From positions 416,001 through 480,000 of the forward strand of contig CAWDSK010000006.1 in assembly GCA_963804995.1 (NCBI GenBank): a DNA stretch of 64,000 bases. Reading direction: 5' to 3'. Below the pieces are notes generated by a model that saw only the letters and a list, made by a program, of their open reading frames with translations, had not been told where the DNA came from and searched no databases. Position 1 is the stretch's first letter, and the number at the start of each line of letters is the position of its first letter. The translations under genes were made by a program, and so were the position numbers. This document shows positions 34,432-43,800 of the stretch, in pieces. The stretch is from an uncultured Acidobacteriota bacterium (lineage in GTDB: Bacteria; Acidobacteriota; Terriglobia; UBA7540).

Positions 34432-34884
34432 CTAGCGGGCCAGGGAAAGCGCCTGGGGGGACTGCCCCGTATGGGGGTGGGTCGATCCCACGTAGACCTT
34501 CAGCCGCCGAGCCAAACGATCGCGCCACCGGTTCTTGGGCAGCATCCCGTAGATCGCCTCGCGCAGCAGCTTTTCCGGTTGTGTCTCGAAAAGCTTTCGC
34601 GCCGTGATCTCCCGGAGCCCTCCCGGATAACCCGTGGTATGACGGTACATTTTATCGTCGAGCTTCTTCCCAGTCAGGCGAATCTTTTCAGCGTTGATGA
34701 TGATCAGACCGCTGCGGTGATCGGAGTGCGGGGTATAGTCCGGCGAATCTCTGCCGGTCAATACCCGTGCGGCCCGGGCAGCGAGCCGCCCTAACACCCA
34801 ACCGTCTGCATCTACAACGTTCCAGTGAATTTGCCCACGACTGGCCTTGGCGAAATAAGTCCCCACTCCACTCTCCGTTCGCAT
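34432..34884 (-). CDS. rplM: 50S ribosomal protein uL13
   Basis: VVDADGWVLGRLA, HTTGYPGGL, GMLPKN; true start may be GTG at 34866. Confidence 0.97.
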   Translation of the reverse strand: MRTESGVGTYFAKASRGQIHWNVVDADGWVLGRLAARAARVLTGRDSPDYTPHSDHRSGLIIINAEKIRLTGKKLDDKMYRHTTGYPGGLREITARKLFETQPEKLLREAIYGMLPKNRWRDRLARRLKVYVGSTHPHTGQSPQALSLAR

Positions 34885-34904
34885 CCTCAGATTGCAAACT
34901 TATA

Positions 34905-34934
34905 TTTTTACTTGAGAATACCCTCTCTTGTCAA
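34905..34934 (-). promoter_or_regulatory. Candidate sigma70 promoter for rplM
   Basis: Perfect TTGACA, 18 nt, then TAAAAA(T). Confidence 0.5.
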
Positions 34935-35679
34935 CTTACTTCCGCAAGGAGGGATGATGCAGTTCTATTTTGAGGCGGCTGAACCTGTCCCGTTTCTATC
35001 GGAACACGGTTATCTGGCGAGGTAAACTCACCGCTACAACATCAATTGTACCACTACCTGGCGTTAAGCGGTGGTAGAAAATACCAAGCGTAGCGCACAC
35101 CTGTCTCGAGGTCGGCAGCCTTTGGTCGTTAAGGTGGATGGACCACGGGCTACATATATAGGCCCCGCGACTCGCGGCTATTGCCACAACGATCGCCTGT
35201 TGCCCCGCTGGGTGTGTCGAAGGGGCGCTTCGCGAATCGCCCTGGTCAAGAATTATGCGCGTTTTCTGACGGAGGCTTCGCGCTACCCCCTTTTGACTTT
35301 CTCTTGCTACTCTGCGCCACGGCGCTTCTTTTTCGGGAATCTTCGGACGTTGTGCCCCTAGCCTTGCATTTTGGGGCTACCGGTAGCCCAAACGCGTACA
35401 TTGTCTATTGACATAGCCCAGTCGATTAAGAGCACAATAGAGGTGAGGAAGCGTAGCGCCATGATGTGTCCAGGCAGCACTCGAAGAACCACGGACCCCG
35501 AGATTGGGGATCTGCCATGCCCTACCATGAAGGCTGGTTTTCTTGGCAAACATTGCTCTGTGTCCTCTCTGTCCCGAAGAGCTTTCACACCGAGATCACG
35601 GAGACGCTCTGGGGGGAGAGCAGCGCCATGCCAAGACCAAATTCTTCCGTTTTTCGGCCTCCAGCATCCGCGGTTTGTG

Positions 35680-36120
35680 AAGATGTTAATGAAAACAAAG
35701 AGGGTTAGGGGTGGCGATGAGTTTTTTAGCAAAAACCTATCTAGTTGAAATAAAATGAGTTGTCTTTACTGAGGAAAGAAGAAGAAGGCAACATTTTCTT
35801 GATTCGGATAGTCTAACGATGTGTATGAAAACAAAGGAAAATAAAAGCGACAAATTGGCAAGTCTAACGATGTTGATGAAAACAAGTAAGTTATGTGTGT
35901 TTTCTAACTATGTTTATGAAAAGAAAGGTAGTTAGTGAATAAAATGGGAAGAAAAATGGACCAAGCCGTCGCCATTCGCAATTGTACCGATCGCCCGATC
36001 TCCGGATCACCCGATCTCCTGATCGCTAGCCCGCGCCGGCACACACTCCCCCGCTTCGGTTATCGGCGGCCCAAGGGTTAAAAATGAGGGAACCTCCGGG
36101 GATGTGTATGAAAACACTGG
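35680..36120 (+). repeat. AT-rich array of GATGTnnATGAAAACAAAG-like motifs (5-6 copies)
   Basis: Copies near 35682, 35818, 35869, 35909 and 36101, plus a degenerate one near 35740. Confidence 0.8.
35987..36026 (+). repeat. Octamer tandem repeat CnGATCnC x5
   Basis: ccgatcgc ccgatctc cggatcac ccgatctc ctgatcgc. Confidence 0.75.
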
Positions 36121-36283
36121 AGAGGGTGACAATTTGTCAGGCTATTGTGCAAGTTTTATGCAGAAAATTCCGGAATTTTGTGAGAATGGACGGCAATCGA
36201 TCGGGATTGTGGGCCGAAAATACACGAATTACGTGCTAGAATCACCGATTTCAATTCTGTTATCCGCTTAAGGGAGGAAGTCT

Positions 36284-37615
36284 ATGGGGGTTTCCGCCCG
36301 GCCGCCGGGGCCTAAAGGGCATTTTCTGGTTGGTTCATTGCCTGAGATCCAGAGAGACGAACTGGATTTCTTGATGAAACAAGTGCGCGAGCACGGCGAC
36401 GTCGTATTCCTGCGCGTGGTGAACCATCCGGTTTTTATTTTAAGCAACCCTCGGGACATCGAAACCGTCCTGGTAAGCAAGAGCAGCAATTTCATCAAGT
36501 CGGTTTTCTTGCGGGAGAGCAAGGCCCTCTTTGGCGATGGTCTGCTGACCAGTGACGGACCCTTGTGGCAAAAGCAGCGGCGTTTGCTCCAGCCGGCCTT
36601 TCATCACGATCACGTTCTCGCCTTCACCCAGCCCATGATCGAGTCAGCGCAGAAGATGCTCGCGACCTGGCACGACGGCGAAGAGCGCGATGTGCACATG
36701 GACATGACGCGCCTTACCCTGGAGATTATCGCCAAGGTTCTGTTTGGCGATGAAATAACCTCCGATGCCGACGAAGCCTGTGACGCCTTCCTGGCCTTCT
36801 TCAAGCAGTATGACAATCGCTTTGGCCTGTACCTGATTCCGGAGTGGCTCCCCACACCTGAGAACCTGCGCTATCGCAGCGCCATCAAGCGGCTGGACAA
36901 GATCGTCTTGAAATTGATTCGGCGGAAATCCGCCCACAATGGGGACTCCCACGACATGCTCTCAACCTTATTACACCCCAAAGATAAGGATGGCGGTGTG
37001 ATGTCAGAACGCCAAATGCGCGACGAGATGATGACTCTCTTCTTCACCGGCCATGAAACCACCGCACTGGCGCTCTCCTGGACCTTCTATCTTTTGGGGA
37101 AAAATCCGGAAGCAGAACAAAAACTCTGGGAAGAAGTGGATCGCGTCCTGGAGGGCCGGACGCCAACCTATCAGGATTTGGCCCGCCTCCCGTACCTGGA
37201 GATGGTGTTCAAGGAATCGTTGCGCCTTTATCCTCCCGCCTTTGGCGTGGTGCGTGAGGCTCTGAAAGACTGCGAAATCGGCGGGTATCAAGTTCCGCGC
37301 GGAGCCACCCTGGCCATCTTCCAATGGGCGGTGCATCGTGACCCGCGATACTTTGACCGCCCGGAAGAATTCATTCCTGAGCGCTGGGAGAACGACTTTG
37401 CCAAGACCCTGCCGCGCTGCGCCTATTTCCCCTTTGGGGCTGGACCCCGCGTCTGCATCGGCAATACTTTTGCCCAGGCCGAAGTGCCCCTGCTGCTGGC
37501 CATGATCGCGCAGAAATATCAACTCCAACTGGTTCCGAGCCACCGCGTTTCCATCGCTGCTTCCCTGACCCTCCGCCCCTGGAAAGGGATCAGGGTTACC
37601 CTCAAGAAACGCTGA
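36284..37615 (+). CDS. Cytochrome P450
   Basis: I-helix TGHETT, ESLR (ExxR), PERW, heme motif FPFGAGPRVCIG; GGGAGG RBS. Confidence 0.97.
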   Translation: MGVSARPPGPKGHFLVGSLPEIQRDELDFLMKQVREHGDVVFLRVVNHPVFILSNPRDIETVLVSKSSNFIKSVFLRESKALFGDGLLTSDGPLWQKQRRLLQPAFHHDHVLAFTQPMIESAQKMLATWHDGEERDVHMDMTRLTLEIIAKVLFGDEITSDADEACDAFLAFFKQYDNRFGLYLIPEWLPTPENLRYRSAIKRLDKIVLKLIRRKSAHNGDSHDMLSTLLHPKDKDGGVMSERQMRDEMMTLFFTGHETTALALSWTFYLLGKNPEAEQKLWEEVDRVLEGRTPTYQDLARLPYLEMVFKESLRLYPPAFGVVREALKDCEIGGYQVPRGATLAIFQWAVHRDPRYFDRPEEFIPERWENDFAKTLPRCAYFPFGAGPRVCIGNTFAQAEVPLLLAMIAQKYQLQLVPSHRVSIAASLTLRPWKGIRVTLKKR

Positions 37616-37631
37616 TGAAACCTGGGCGCTG

Positions 37632-38333
37632 TCAGTGCTGGTCGATAATCTCGGTGTCGGGCGGGGGGATGAAGCGAAAGAGCGAGGGGGCCAACGGAGG
37701 GTTGCGTTCAATGTGGTCGAACTGGAATTCCATCCGGCCGCGATCGGGAAGATCCACCACCAGTCGCCGGATATCAAACTGCGGGTCAAGCTCGATGAGG
37801 ACGTCCTGATAATCCTCGGCGAACTCTTTCTTCGGGTAGGCGCGCAGCACGCGGTCAGCAGCCTCATGGGGGAGCGCCGCATCGGCAAACTCGATGCGCG
37901 CGAACACGCGCCCGAGATTCAAGCGCGAAAGGAGCAATTGGAAGGGCACACGAACATCGTCGCTCGACTTGACCGGCGAGCGCGTGAGTTGTTTCTCTTC
38001 GGGAATGTAGAGCAGCAAATGTTTTCCGTCAGAGAGGAAGAGTTTCTGGGTGGGATGCTGATAGTCCCAACGCATCACCCCGCCCCGCGCGAAACAGGCG
38101 ATTCCCGACTCGCTGCGGGTCCGACCCTCCTCAGCATAAGTCTCGGAAAAGCCTGCCCGCAAACTTTGCACCTGGTGATAGCTCGACTCGAAGGCGTGAA
38201 CGTAGGCGTCCACGGTTGGGGGTGGGACGGGTGGTTTCTGGCCGCTCGCGATTCCGCCTTGCGAAAGTCCCAGCGCCAGAACCAGGAGGACCAAGCCCCT
38301 GACCAAACGCCGCCGAAGGTTAATGGACGTCAT
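37632..38333 (-). CDS. lolA: Outer-membrane lipoprotein carrier LolA-like protein
   Basis: Signal peptide, SLRAGFSE, MRWDYQHPTQKLFLSDGK, FRFIPPPDTEIID; start placed at ATG 38333. Confidence 0.85.
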   Translation of the reverse strand: MTSINLRRRLVRGLVLLVLALGLSQGGIASGQKPPVPPPTVDAYVHAFESSYHQVQSLRAGFSETYAEEGRTRSESGIACFARGGVMRWDYQHPTQKLFLSDGKHLLLYIPEEKQLTRSPVKSSDDVRVPFQLLLSRLNLGRVFARIEFADAALPHEAADRVLRAYPKKEFAEDYQDVLIELDPQFDIRRLVVDLPDRGRMEFQFDHIERNPPLAPSLFRFIPPPDTEIIDQH

Positions 38334-40311
38334 GTGAGGTTGACAATAGCCGCTGGAGAGCCGCCTGCGCCTCCGCGTTGCGGGGGTCAGAGGCCAGGCC
38401 CGCCTGGAACTCCCGCAACGCTTCTTCCGGCCGCCCCGTGGCTTCGAGTATGTTTCCCAGGGCAAAATGCGCGTGGCTATCCAGGTCATCCTGAGCCACG
38501 GCTTGCCGATACGCTTTCTCGGCGACATCTCTGCGCCCCAGGCGCGCATTGATATCCCCGATGGCATTGTAGGCGCCGAGGTTGGGTATGCTGTCGACCG
38601 ACTCTTGGAACTGTGCCTCGGCCTCCGCGAGGCGGCCGGTTTTGAAATAGAAACTTCCCAACTCGTTGCGCGTCTGGACACTCAAAGGCGCCAAGGCCAC
38701 CGCCGCCCGCAATTGCAGCTCGGCCTCGGGCAGCTTTCCAGTTTCCTCGTAAAGCCGGCCGAGGTTCAAATGGGCATCCGTAAAGTTCGGGCGAAAACGC
38801 ATGGATCGCTCGAAGTACACCTGGGCATCATCGTACTGCTTCTTGCTGGCATAAACCAAACCCAGGTTGTTAAGAAGGAAGGCGCTATCCGGGGATTTCT
38901 TCAGAGCCTCCCGCCATTCGCGCTCGGCTGCGCCGGGTTGCAAATGATTCCAGTACACCGTACCCAGGTTAAGCCGGTAACCGGCAGCTTCGGGTTCAGC
39001 CGCCAGAGTCACGGTGTAGTAGGTTACTTCATCCGACCAATCACGATTGCGAGTCACGATACGCCCTATGGCCAAGACTGCAACCACGCCCAGCCCAATG
39101 CCCACGGCCCAGCGCCAGGCGGGGGCGCGCCGGGAGGCATGAGACCAGATTCGTTGGAGGCCCCAAGCGCCTACCCAGCAAAGGCCAACGGAGGGAAGAT
39201 ACAGGTACCTTTCCGCGAAAACGTTGGGGCCGAGCCAGCGCGAATTCAAAACGGGCGCCAGATTGATGAAGAACCAAATGAACCCGAAGGATATGGGCCG
39301 CGCGCGCTTCCAAAGGAACCCAAAGGCGAGCCCGCACAATCCCAGGCCCACAAGACCCGCCAGAACGCGCGGGTCAAGGGGTGTGACGCTCTTATGAAAA
39401 GCGTAAAAGGCGCTAAGGCGAGCCGGCCAGACCATTTTCCATAAGTACTCCCCGGCAAGCGGAATGCTGGAGAGGATGGCCTCATACCAGGTCACATGGG
39501 CGGTCAGGAGGACCGGGGCAAAGGCTCCAAAAAAGCGAATTCGAAACAGGACGTACGCGAGGACGAGTAACCAGAGGACACCATAGCGGGCGACCTTCTG
39601 GAGCCAAGTCGTCCGGCCGCGATCGCCTCGATAGAAGTGCTCGTAAACCATCGCCAGGAGGGGCAGAGTCACAGCTTGTTCTTTGGAAAGGACGGTCAAG
39701 ACAAAGGCGCCCATCATGCCCAGTTGGGCGAGCTCGGACCGCTTGCCGTCGGGACGCGCGCTGGCCAGGAAGAACCAGAAAGTAACCAAATAGAAAACCG
39801 CCAGCTCCAAGTCAGTCACCGCCGAAACCCAAGCCACGGATTCGGTGTGAATGGGGTGCAAGGCAAATAAAGCCGCCGCCGCGAAGGCCAGCCAATCATC
39901 CCGGAATAGTCGTCTGGAGAGCCCGAACAGAAGACAAACCATGAGGGCGTGGAGCACAAGATTCGCCAAATGATAACCGTAGGGAAGAACCTGGAAGACT
40001 TTGTAACACAGCAGGAAACCCAGGATGCTGATGGGGCGATAGTAATTGGTTGCACCGCGCGCACCCAGGTGGGCCAGGGTTCGAGTGGAGAAGATATCTC
40101 CGAGGTGTCCGAAACTTCGAATGTAAGGATTCGTCAGCACCTCATTGTTGTCGTCATAGACGAAGCCATTTTGGAGGGTGTTGAAGTAAGGGATGACCGC
40201 GAGCAAAAGCAGCAGCGCGATCAGCCCGGCATAGGGAGAACTTCCCTTCCGGCGCGATCCGTCGGAAGCCATCTCCAAGACATTCGAAGCTCTCTCGCCC
40301 TGTCCTGTCAT
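38320..40311 (-). CDS. TMTC-like GT-C membrane glycosyltransferase with C-terminal TPRs
   Basis: FVYDD...NYYRPI, LFALHPIHTESVAWVS, SKE, AERYLYLPSVG; ~11 TM segments then ~7 TPRs. Confidence 0.85.
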   Translation of the reverse strand: MTGQGERASNVLEMASDGSRRKGSSPYAGLIALLLLLAVIPYFNTLQNGFVYDDNNEVLTNPYIRSFGHLGDIFSTRTLAHLGARGATNYYRPISILGFLLCYKVFQVLPYGYHLANLVLHALMVCLLFGLSRRLFRDDWLAFAAAALFALHPIHTESVAWVSAVTDLELAVFYLVTFWFFLASARPDGKRSELAQLGMMGAFVLTVLSKEQAVTLPLLAMVYEHFYRGDRGRTTWLQKVARYGVLWLLVLAYVLFRIRFFGAFAPVLLTAHVTWYEAILSSIPLAGEYLWKMVWPARLSAFYAFHKSVTPLDPRVLAGLVGLGLCGLAFGFLWKRARPISFGFIWFFINLAPVLNSRWLGPNVFAERYLYLPSVGLCWVGAWGLQRIWSHASRRAPAWRWAVGIGLGVVAVLAIGRIVTRNRDWSDEVTYYTVTLAAEPEAAGYRLNLGTVYWNHLQPGAAEREWREALKKSPDSAFLLNNLGLVYASKKQYDDAQVYFERSMRFRPNFTDAHLNLGRLYEETGKLPEAELQLRAAVALAPLSVQTRNELGSFYFKTGRLAEAEAQFQESVDSIPNLGAYNAIGDINARLGRRDVAEKAYRQAVAQDDLDSHAHFALGNILEATGRPEEALREFQAGLASDPRNAEAQAALQRLLSTSHDVH

Positions 40312-41342
40312 CGTCCTTCCTCAAGTTTCTCCGGGAGGGTGGCATCCGGCGCCTTGGCGAGCCAGGGGAGGCGCTCAGCCCAACTCACCGGAATGGGGAC
40401 ATGTACAGGGACCTCCCCAAAGTGGCGGAAGAGCCAATTGGCGAGCCCGAAGGAAAGCGGGGCGAGGATCAAGCCAGCGAGGACATCGATCAAATAATGG
40501 TAGCGAAGATATACGGTAGAAAACCACAAACTGATGATCAGGGGCGCGAGGATCCAGAAGAGCTTCTTGGAGTTCCTGTACGCGTAAAGCCAAACGACAA
40601 AGGAGATCCCCACATGCAAGCTGGGGAAAACATCCCGGCGGATGCGGGCAAAATCCATGAAATCCACCTCGCGATTGAAAACCCCCAGGGATTGCCGTAA
40701 GGGAACCGTGAATTGATCGCGCAAGGTGTATACCGGCCCGATGGCTGGGACCAGCAAGTACCCCAGCAATCCCAAGAACGAAACCACCATGATGCCGCTC
40801 ATCATCTCGCGAAACCGGACTCGGCCCCTGAAAGCATAGAGAAAGCACGCGACCAGCGGAATATTGACGACGTGAAAGAAATAGGCAAATTCCATCCAGG
40901 TCGTGAGCCCGGGTGAAATGATACGTTGCAGAACCAGGCTGGCTTGGAATCCGAAGAGTCGCTGGTCGAGCGCGATCAGTGCCTGGTCGCGGTCTGTGGT
41001 GACCAGCATCAGGGTCGCATCACCCCACAGGGAGTAGTACATCAGCAGGATCGCCAGGAAGGGAAACCAATCGCGGATGATCTCCCAATAGGGCCGTACA
41101 AAATCCAAGGGGCCCTGCCTGGAACCACCGGGTTCGGATTTTCCGGCAATGAAGTAGTGCACCAGCTCCTTCCCGAGCAACAGGGTCACGGCGGGAATGA
41201 TGATGAGGACATCGGCAGGGCTGAAATTCTGATGTACCACGCCGCGAGAAAGAATCCTCAGGAGGAGGTTGATCAGGAGAAAGGTCAGGGCGACCAGGTC
41301 TTCCAATCGCAAACGCAGCGTGAGGCGGTGGCTATTGGCCAT
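40308..41342 (-). CDS. PAP2-superfamily (Aur1/IPC-synthase-like) membrane enzyme
   Basis: YLLVPAIGP, FPSLH, RYHYLIDV catalytic motifs; multi-TM. Confidence 0.88.
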   Translation of the reverse strand: MANSHRLTLRLRLEDLVALTFLLINLLLRILSRGVVHQNFSPADVLIIIPAVTLLLGKELVHYFIAGKSEPGGSRQGPLDFVRPYWEIIRDWFPFLAILLMYYSLWGDATLMLVTTDRDQALIALDQRLFGFQASLVLQRIISPGLTTWMEFAYFFHVVNIPLVACFLYAFRGRVRFREMMSGIMVVSFLGLLGYLLVPAIGPVYTLRDQFTVPLRQSLGVFNREVDFMDFARIRRDVFPSLHVGISFVVWLYAYRNSKKLFWILAPLIISLWFSTVYLRYHYLIDVLAGLILAPLSFGLANWLFRHFGEVPVHVPIPVSWAERLPWLAKAPDATLPEKLEEGR

Positions 41343-42081
41343 AAAGCCCCTTCAGCGCCTCGAACCTTTGCCGGGCGGGCACAGGAAAGGGGAGTTTCCT
41401 GGTCGCGTCAAGCACGTAGAGGGCGCGCTGTCGATCCCCGGCCAGGTAATACGCGCGGGCAAGACCCTCCACGGCGGCTTGATGCGTGGGAAACATTTGA
41501 AGAACTGCCAGGAAACTCTTCTCCGCTTCGGTAAATTTTCTTTCCGCAGTGTAAGCCAGGCCTTGCAAAATGTATGGGGCGGCATAGGAAGGATTCTGAC
41601 TAATCAGGTGCGAGGTTGTGGCGATGGCCGGGTCGTATTGGCCCAGGAAGAAGGCGCAGAGGGCGAATCGATAGTCATCCTCCTCGTCAAGCTTACCGCC
41701 ACCAAGGGTCCGGAACGCCGCCTCGTCATCCAGAACGGATTGCAATTGCTGCAACCGGATCTTGCTCTGCACCAACGCACGCCAGTAAGGCAGACTGGCA
41801 GGGCGCAGGCTCACCGCCATGACCGCATTGGAATACCCTCTCACCAGATCCCCTTGGCCCAGGTTGCTGTAGCAACTCCACATGTAAACTTCCGCTGCGA
41901 TGTCGTTGCCGACATTCCACGATCCGACGGCCGCGAGGAGCAAGATGACCCCATAGAGCGCAGGCTTGATCCAAGCCCTCCGCACCAGGAGACCACCCAC
42001 AGCCTTGGCCGAGAGGAGTCCGAGGAAAACCAACCCCAAAACTTTAGCGGCTTCCCAAAAGATGAAACGTATGATTTCCAC
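41332..42081 (-). CDS. Membrane-anchored TPR protein
   Basis: Two N-terminal TM helices; TPR-like LQGLAYTAERKFTEAEKSF..VLQMFP; overlaps the PAP2 start. Confidence 0.8.
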   Translation of the reverse strand: MEIIRFIFWEAAKVLGLVFLGLLSAKAVGGLLVRRAWIKPALYGVILLLAAVGSWNVGNDIAAEVYMWSCYSNLGQGDLVRGYSNAVMAVSLRPASLPYWRALVQSKIRLQQLQSVLDDEAAFRTLGGGKLDEEDDYRFALCAFFLGQYDPAIATTSHLISQNPSYAAPYILQGLAYTAERKFTEAEKSFLAVLQMFPTHQAAVEGLARAYYLAGDRQRALYVLDATRKLPFPVPARQRFEALKGLYGQ

Positions 42082-42111
42082 GTAGATTTACCTCTGCTCC
42101 CGGGGCGTTCC

Positions 42112-43017
42112 CTACTGCAAGAGACCCAAATCAATTCTGCTCCCCGGCCCCAGGGAGGCGCGGCCATCCGGCCCAATGATGTACCGTTCACCGGAGGGGT
42201 CAATCGGAATCCCGCGGATATAGCCTGCCACCATCAGATCTTGAATGGAACGGGCTTCCCGGCCTTGCTGTTTCCGGTACAGGGTCAGCAAGCCATTGAG
42301 TTTGTTGAAGGCCAACTGAGTATCCAAGGCGGCCAAGTGGTTTTCGGCGGACCGTCGAATAGCCTCGTTCCCGGCGGTCCTTGCGATTTCTGACCAGAGG
42401 ACGTAAGAAGTCGATAGCTCGCCGCCCTGGGCCGCCACCGAGGCGGCGAGAACCCGCATCCACGGCAGCGCGCCAGGCCGTTCGCTCCCGGTCCGGAAGG
42501 CTACGGCCGCGTGAGCGTAATCCTTCAAATCCCAATAGTAGATAAATCCCGTGTCCTCCCACAAGCGCCAATAGCTTGGGTTGGCAACAATCCCACGATG
42601 GAGCAAGTGGATGGCGAGGTCAGGTCTTCCTGCGCCTTCCGGTGGCTTCCCTGCCAAGAAGAGGGAACCGAATCGGTAGGCGATGAGCAAGTTCGGGTCA
42701 AGTTCCGTGGTAATGTTGAGCAAGGCTCCAAGAAGTGCATAATCCTTGGCGTGCGCCAAGCGCCTGCGCCCATAATATTGCACGGCTCTGGTCCAGTAGA
42801 TGTCCGCCAGCAGGCCTGAATATCCCCCACTCAAGCGACGAAGCGTCGGGCCCGAGGGCAAGAAGAGGATTTCCTCACTTTCACTCTCGCTTCCCCCACG
42901 GTCATGGTCAATGCTCCGCTGGAGGGGAAATAAGGAGAGCAATCCCCCCGCCACGATGCACCCACACGCCAGGCGTACAAGGTCTTTCCGCCCAATCTGT
43001 AGCCACGAAAGGGTCAT
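42112..43017 (-). CDS. PilG/XapA-like membrane-anchored TPR-like protein
   Basis: N-terminal TM, LLADIYWTRAVQYYG, TELDP, RGIVANP.YWRL; ATGA-coupled to the ABC permease. Confidence 0.7.
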   Translation of the reverse strand: MTLSWLQIGRKDLVRLACGCIVAGGLLSLFPLQRSIDHDRGGSESESEEILFLPSGPTLRRLSGGYSGLLADIYWTRAVQYYGRRRLAHAKDYALLGALLNITTELDPNLLIAYRFGSLFLAGKPPEGAGRPDLAIHLLHRGIVANPSYWRLWEDTGFIYYWDLKDYAHAAVAFRTGSERPGALPWMRVLAASVAAQGGELSTSYVLWSEIARTAGNEAIRRSAENHLAALDTQLAFNKLNGLLTLYRKQQGREARSIQDLMVAGYIRGIPIDPSGERYIIGPDGRASLGPGSRIDLGLLQ

Positions 43018-43790
43018 CGGAATTCCCGTTCTTCAAAGACTAGCACCGAGGCTGAGACCACTATGGCAATATAGAGAACGGCATAACAAGTGTTGGCGGC
43101 AAGAAGGGGACGAGAGATGGTTACACCATGCGCCGCCAGATTTATGACATTGAAGTCGCTGAAGTTTGGCAACACGTAGTATAACCCGGCAGTGATCTTC
43201 TTGAGGATGGAGCTTTGACTCTCCTGCCCAAACCAGCGGATGTCACTCAAGAAGTTTCCGATTACAAACAGCGAGAATGTGAAAACGGCGGAGAGTATCG
43301 GCGTGGAGATGCACGAGAAGAAAAGTGCCACGCCCGTCACGATGGCAAACTGTAACAAGATAAAATACACAGCCGCCAGGAGGGAAAGGTCTTGTCCGGT
43401 CAGGCCTTTATTCTGGAAGGCCAGGGCGGCATAAAAGCCCGCGGTCATGATGGCGGTGTTGACGAAAAGGGTGAGCAGAAGTCCGGCATATTTACCCAGG
43501 ATAAATTGAGCGCGCGCGACCGGTTTCGAAAGGATGTTGTAGATTGTCCGCCGCTCGATTTCCTTGGAGACCAATCCAATACCTATGAAGATCGCCATCA
43601 GCAAGCCGAACATGGAGATGGCGGTAAGCCCCAGGTTCACCAGGAGAATCTGCTCCACACCTAAGGATATGTTGGCCAGAAGAATTGCGGCGGCAATCAT
43701 CAAGAAGGCAAAGACCACGAGGTTGTAGAGAACCCGCTCCCGCACCGATTCCTTAAAGGTCGCGAGGGCTATGGTTACGATTTGTCCCAT
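43014..43790 (-). CDS. ABC transporter permease (PilI-like)
   Basis: Six TM segments, KEIERRTIYNILSKPVARAQFILGKYAG. Confidence 0.9.
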   Translation of the reverse strand: MGQIVTIALATFKESVRERVLYNLVVFAFLMIAAAILLANISLGVEQILLVNLGLTAISMFGLLMAIFIGIGLVSKEIERRTIYNILSKPVARAQFILGKYAGLLLTLFVNTAIMTAGFYAALAFQNKGLTGQDLSLLAAVYFILLQFAIVTGVALFFSCISTPILSAVFTFSLFVIGNFLSDIRWFGQESQSSILKKITAGLYYVLPNFSDFNVINLAAHGVTISRPLLAANTCYAVLYIAIVVSASVLVFEEREFR

Positions 43791-43800
43791 AGGGCCAGCC

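Noticed and set aside
35358..35748. Short ORFs in the rplM-P450 intergenic region
   Set aside because: They run through repeat sequences and lack protein-like features, although an RBS-like GAGGTGAGG precedes ATG 35461
35680..36120. CRISPR array (TGAAAAC resembles repeat ends)
   Set aside because: Repeats are degenerate, spacing is irregular with spacers often too short, and there are no cas genes in the window
35640..36280. Replication origin (AT-rich repeats plus GATC cluster)
   Set aside because: No TTATCCACA-type DnaA boxes seen and no dnaA, dnaN or rep gene nearby
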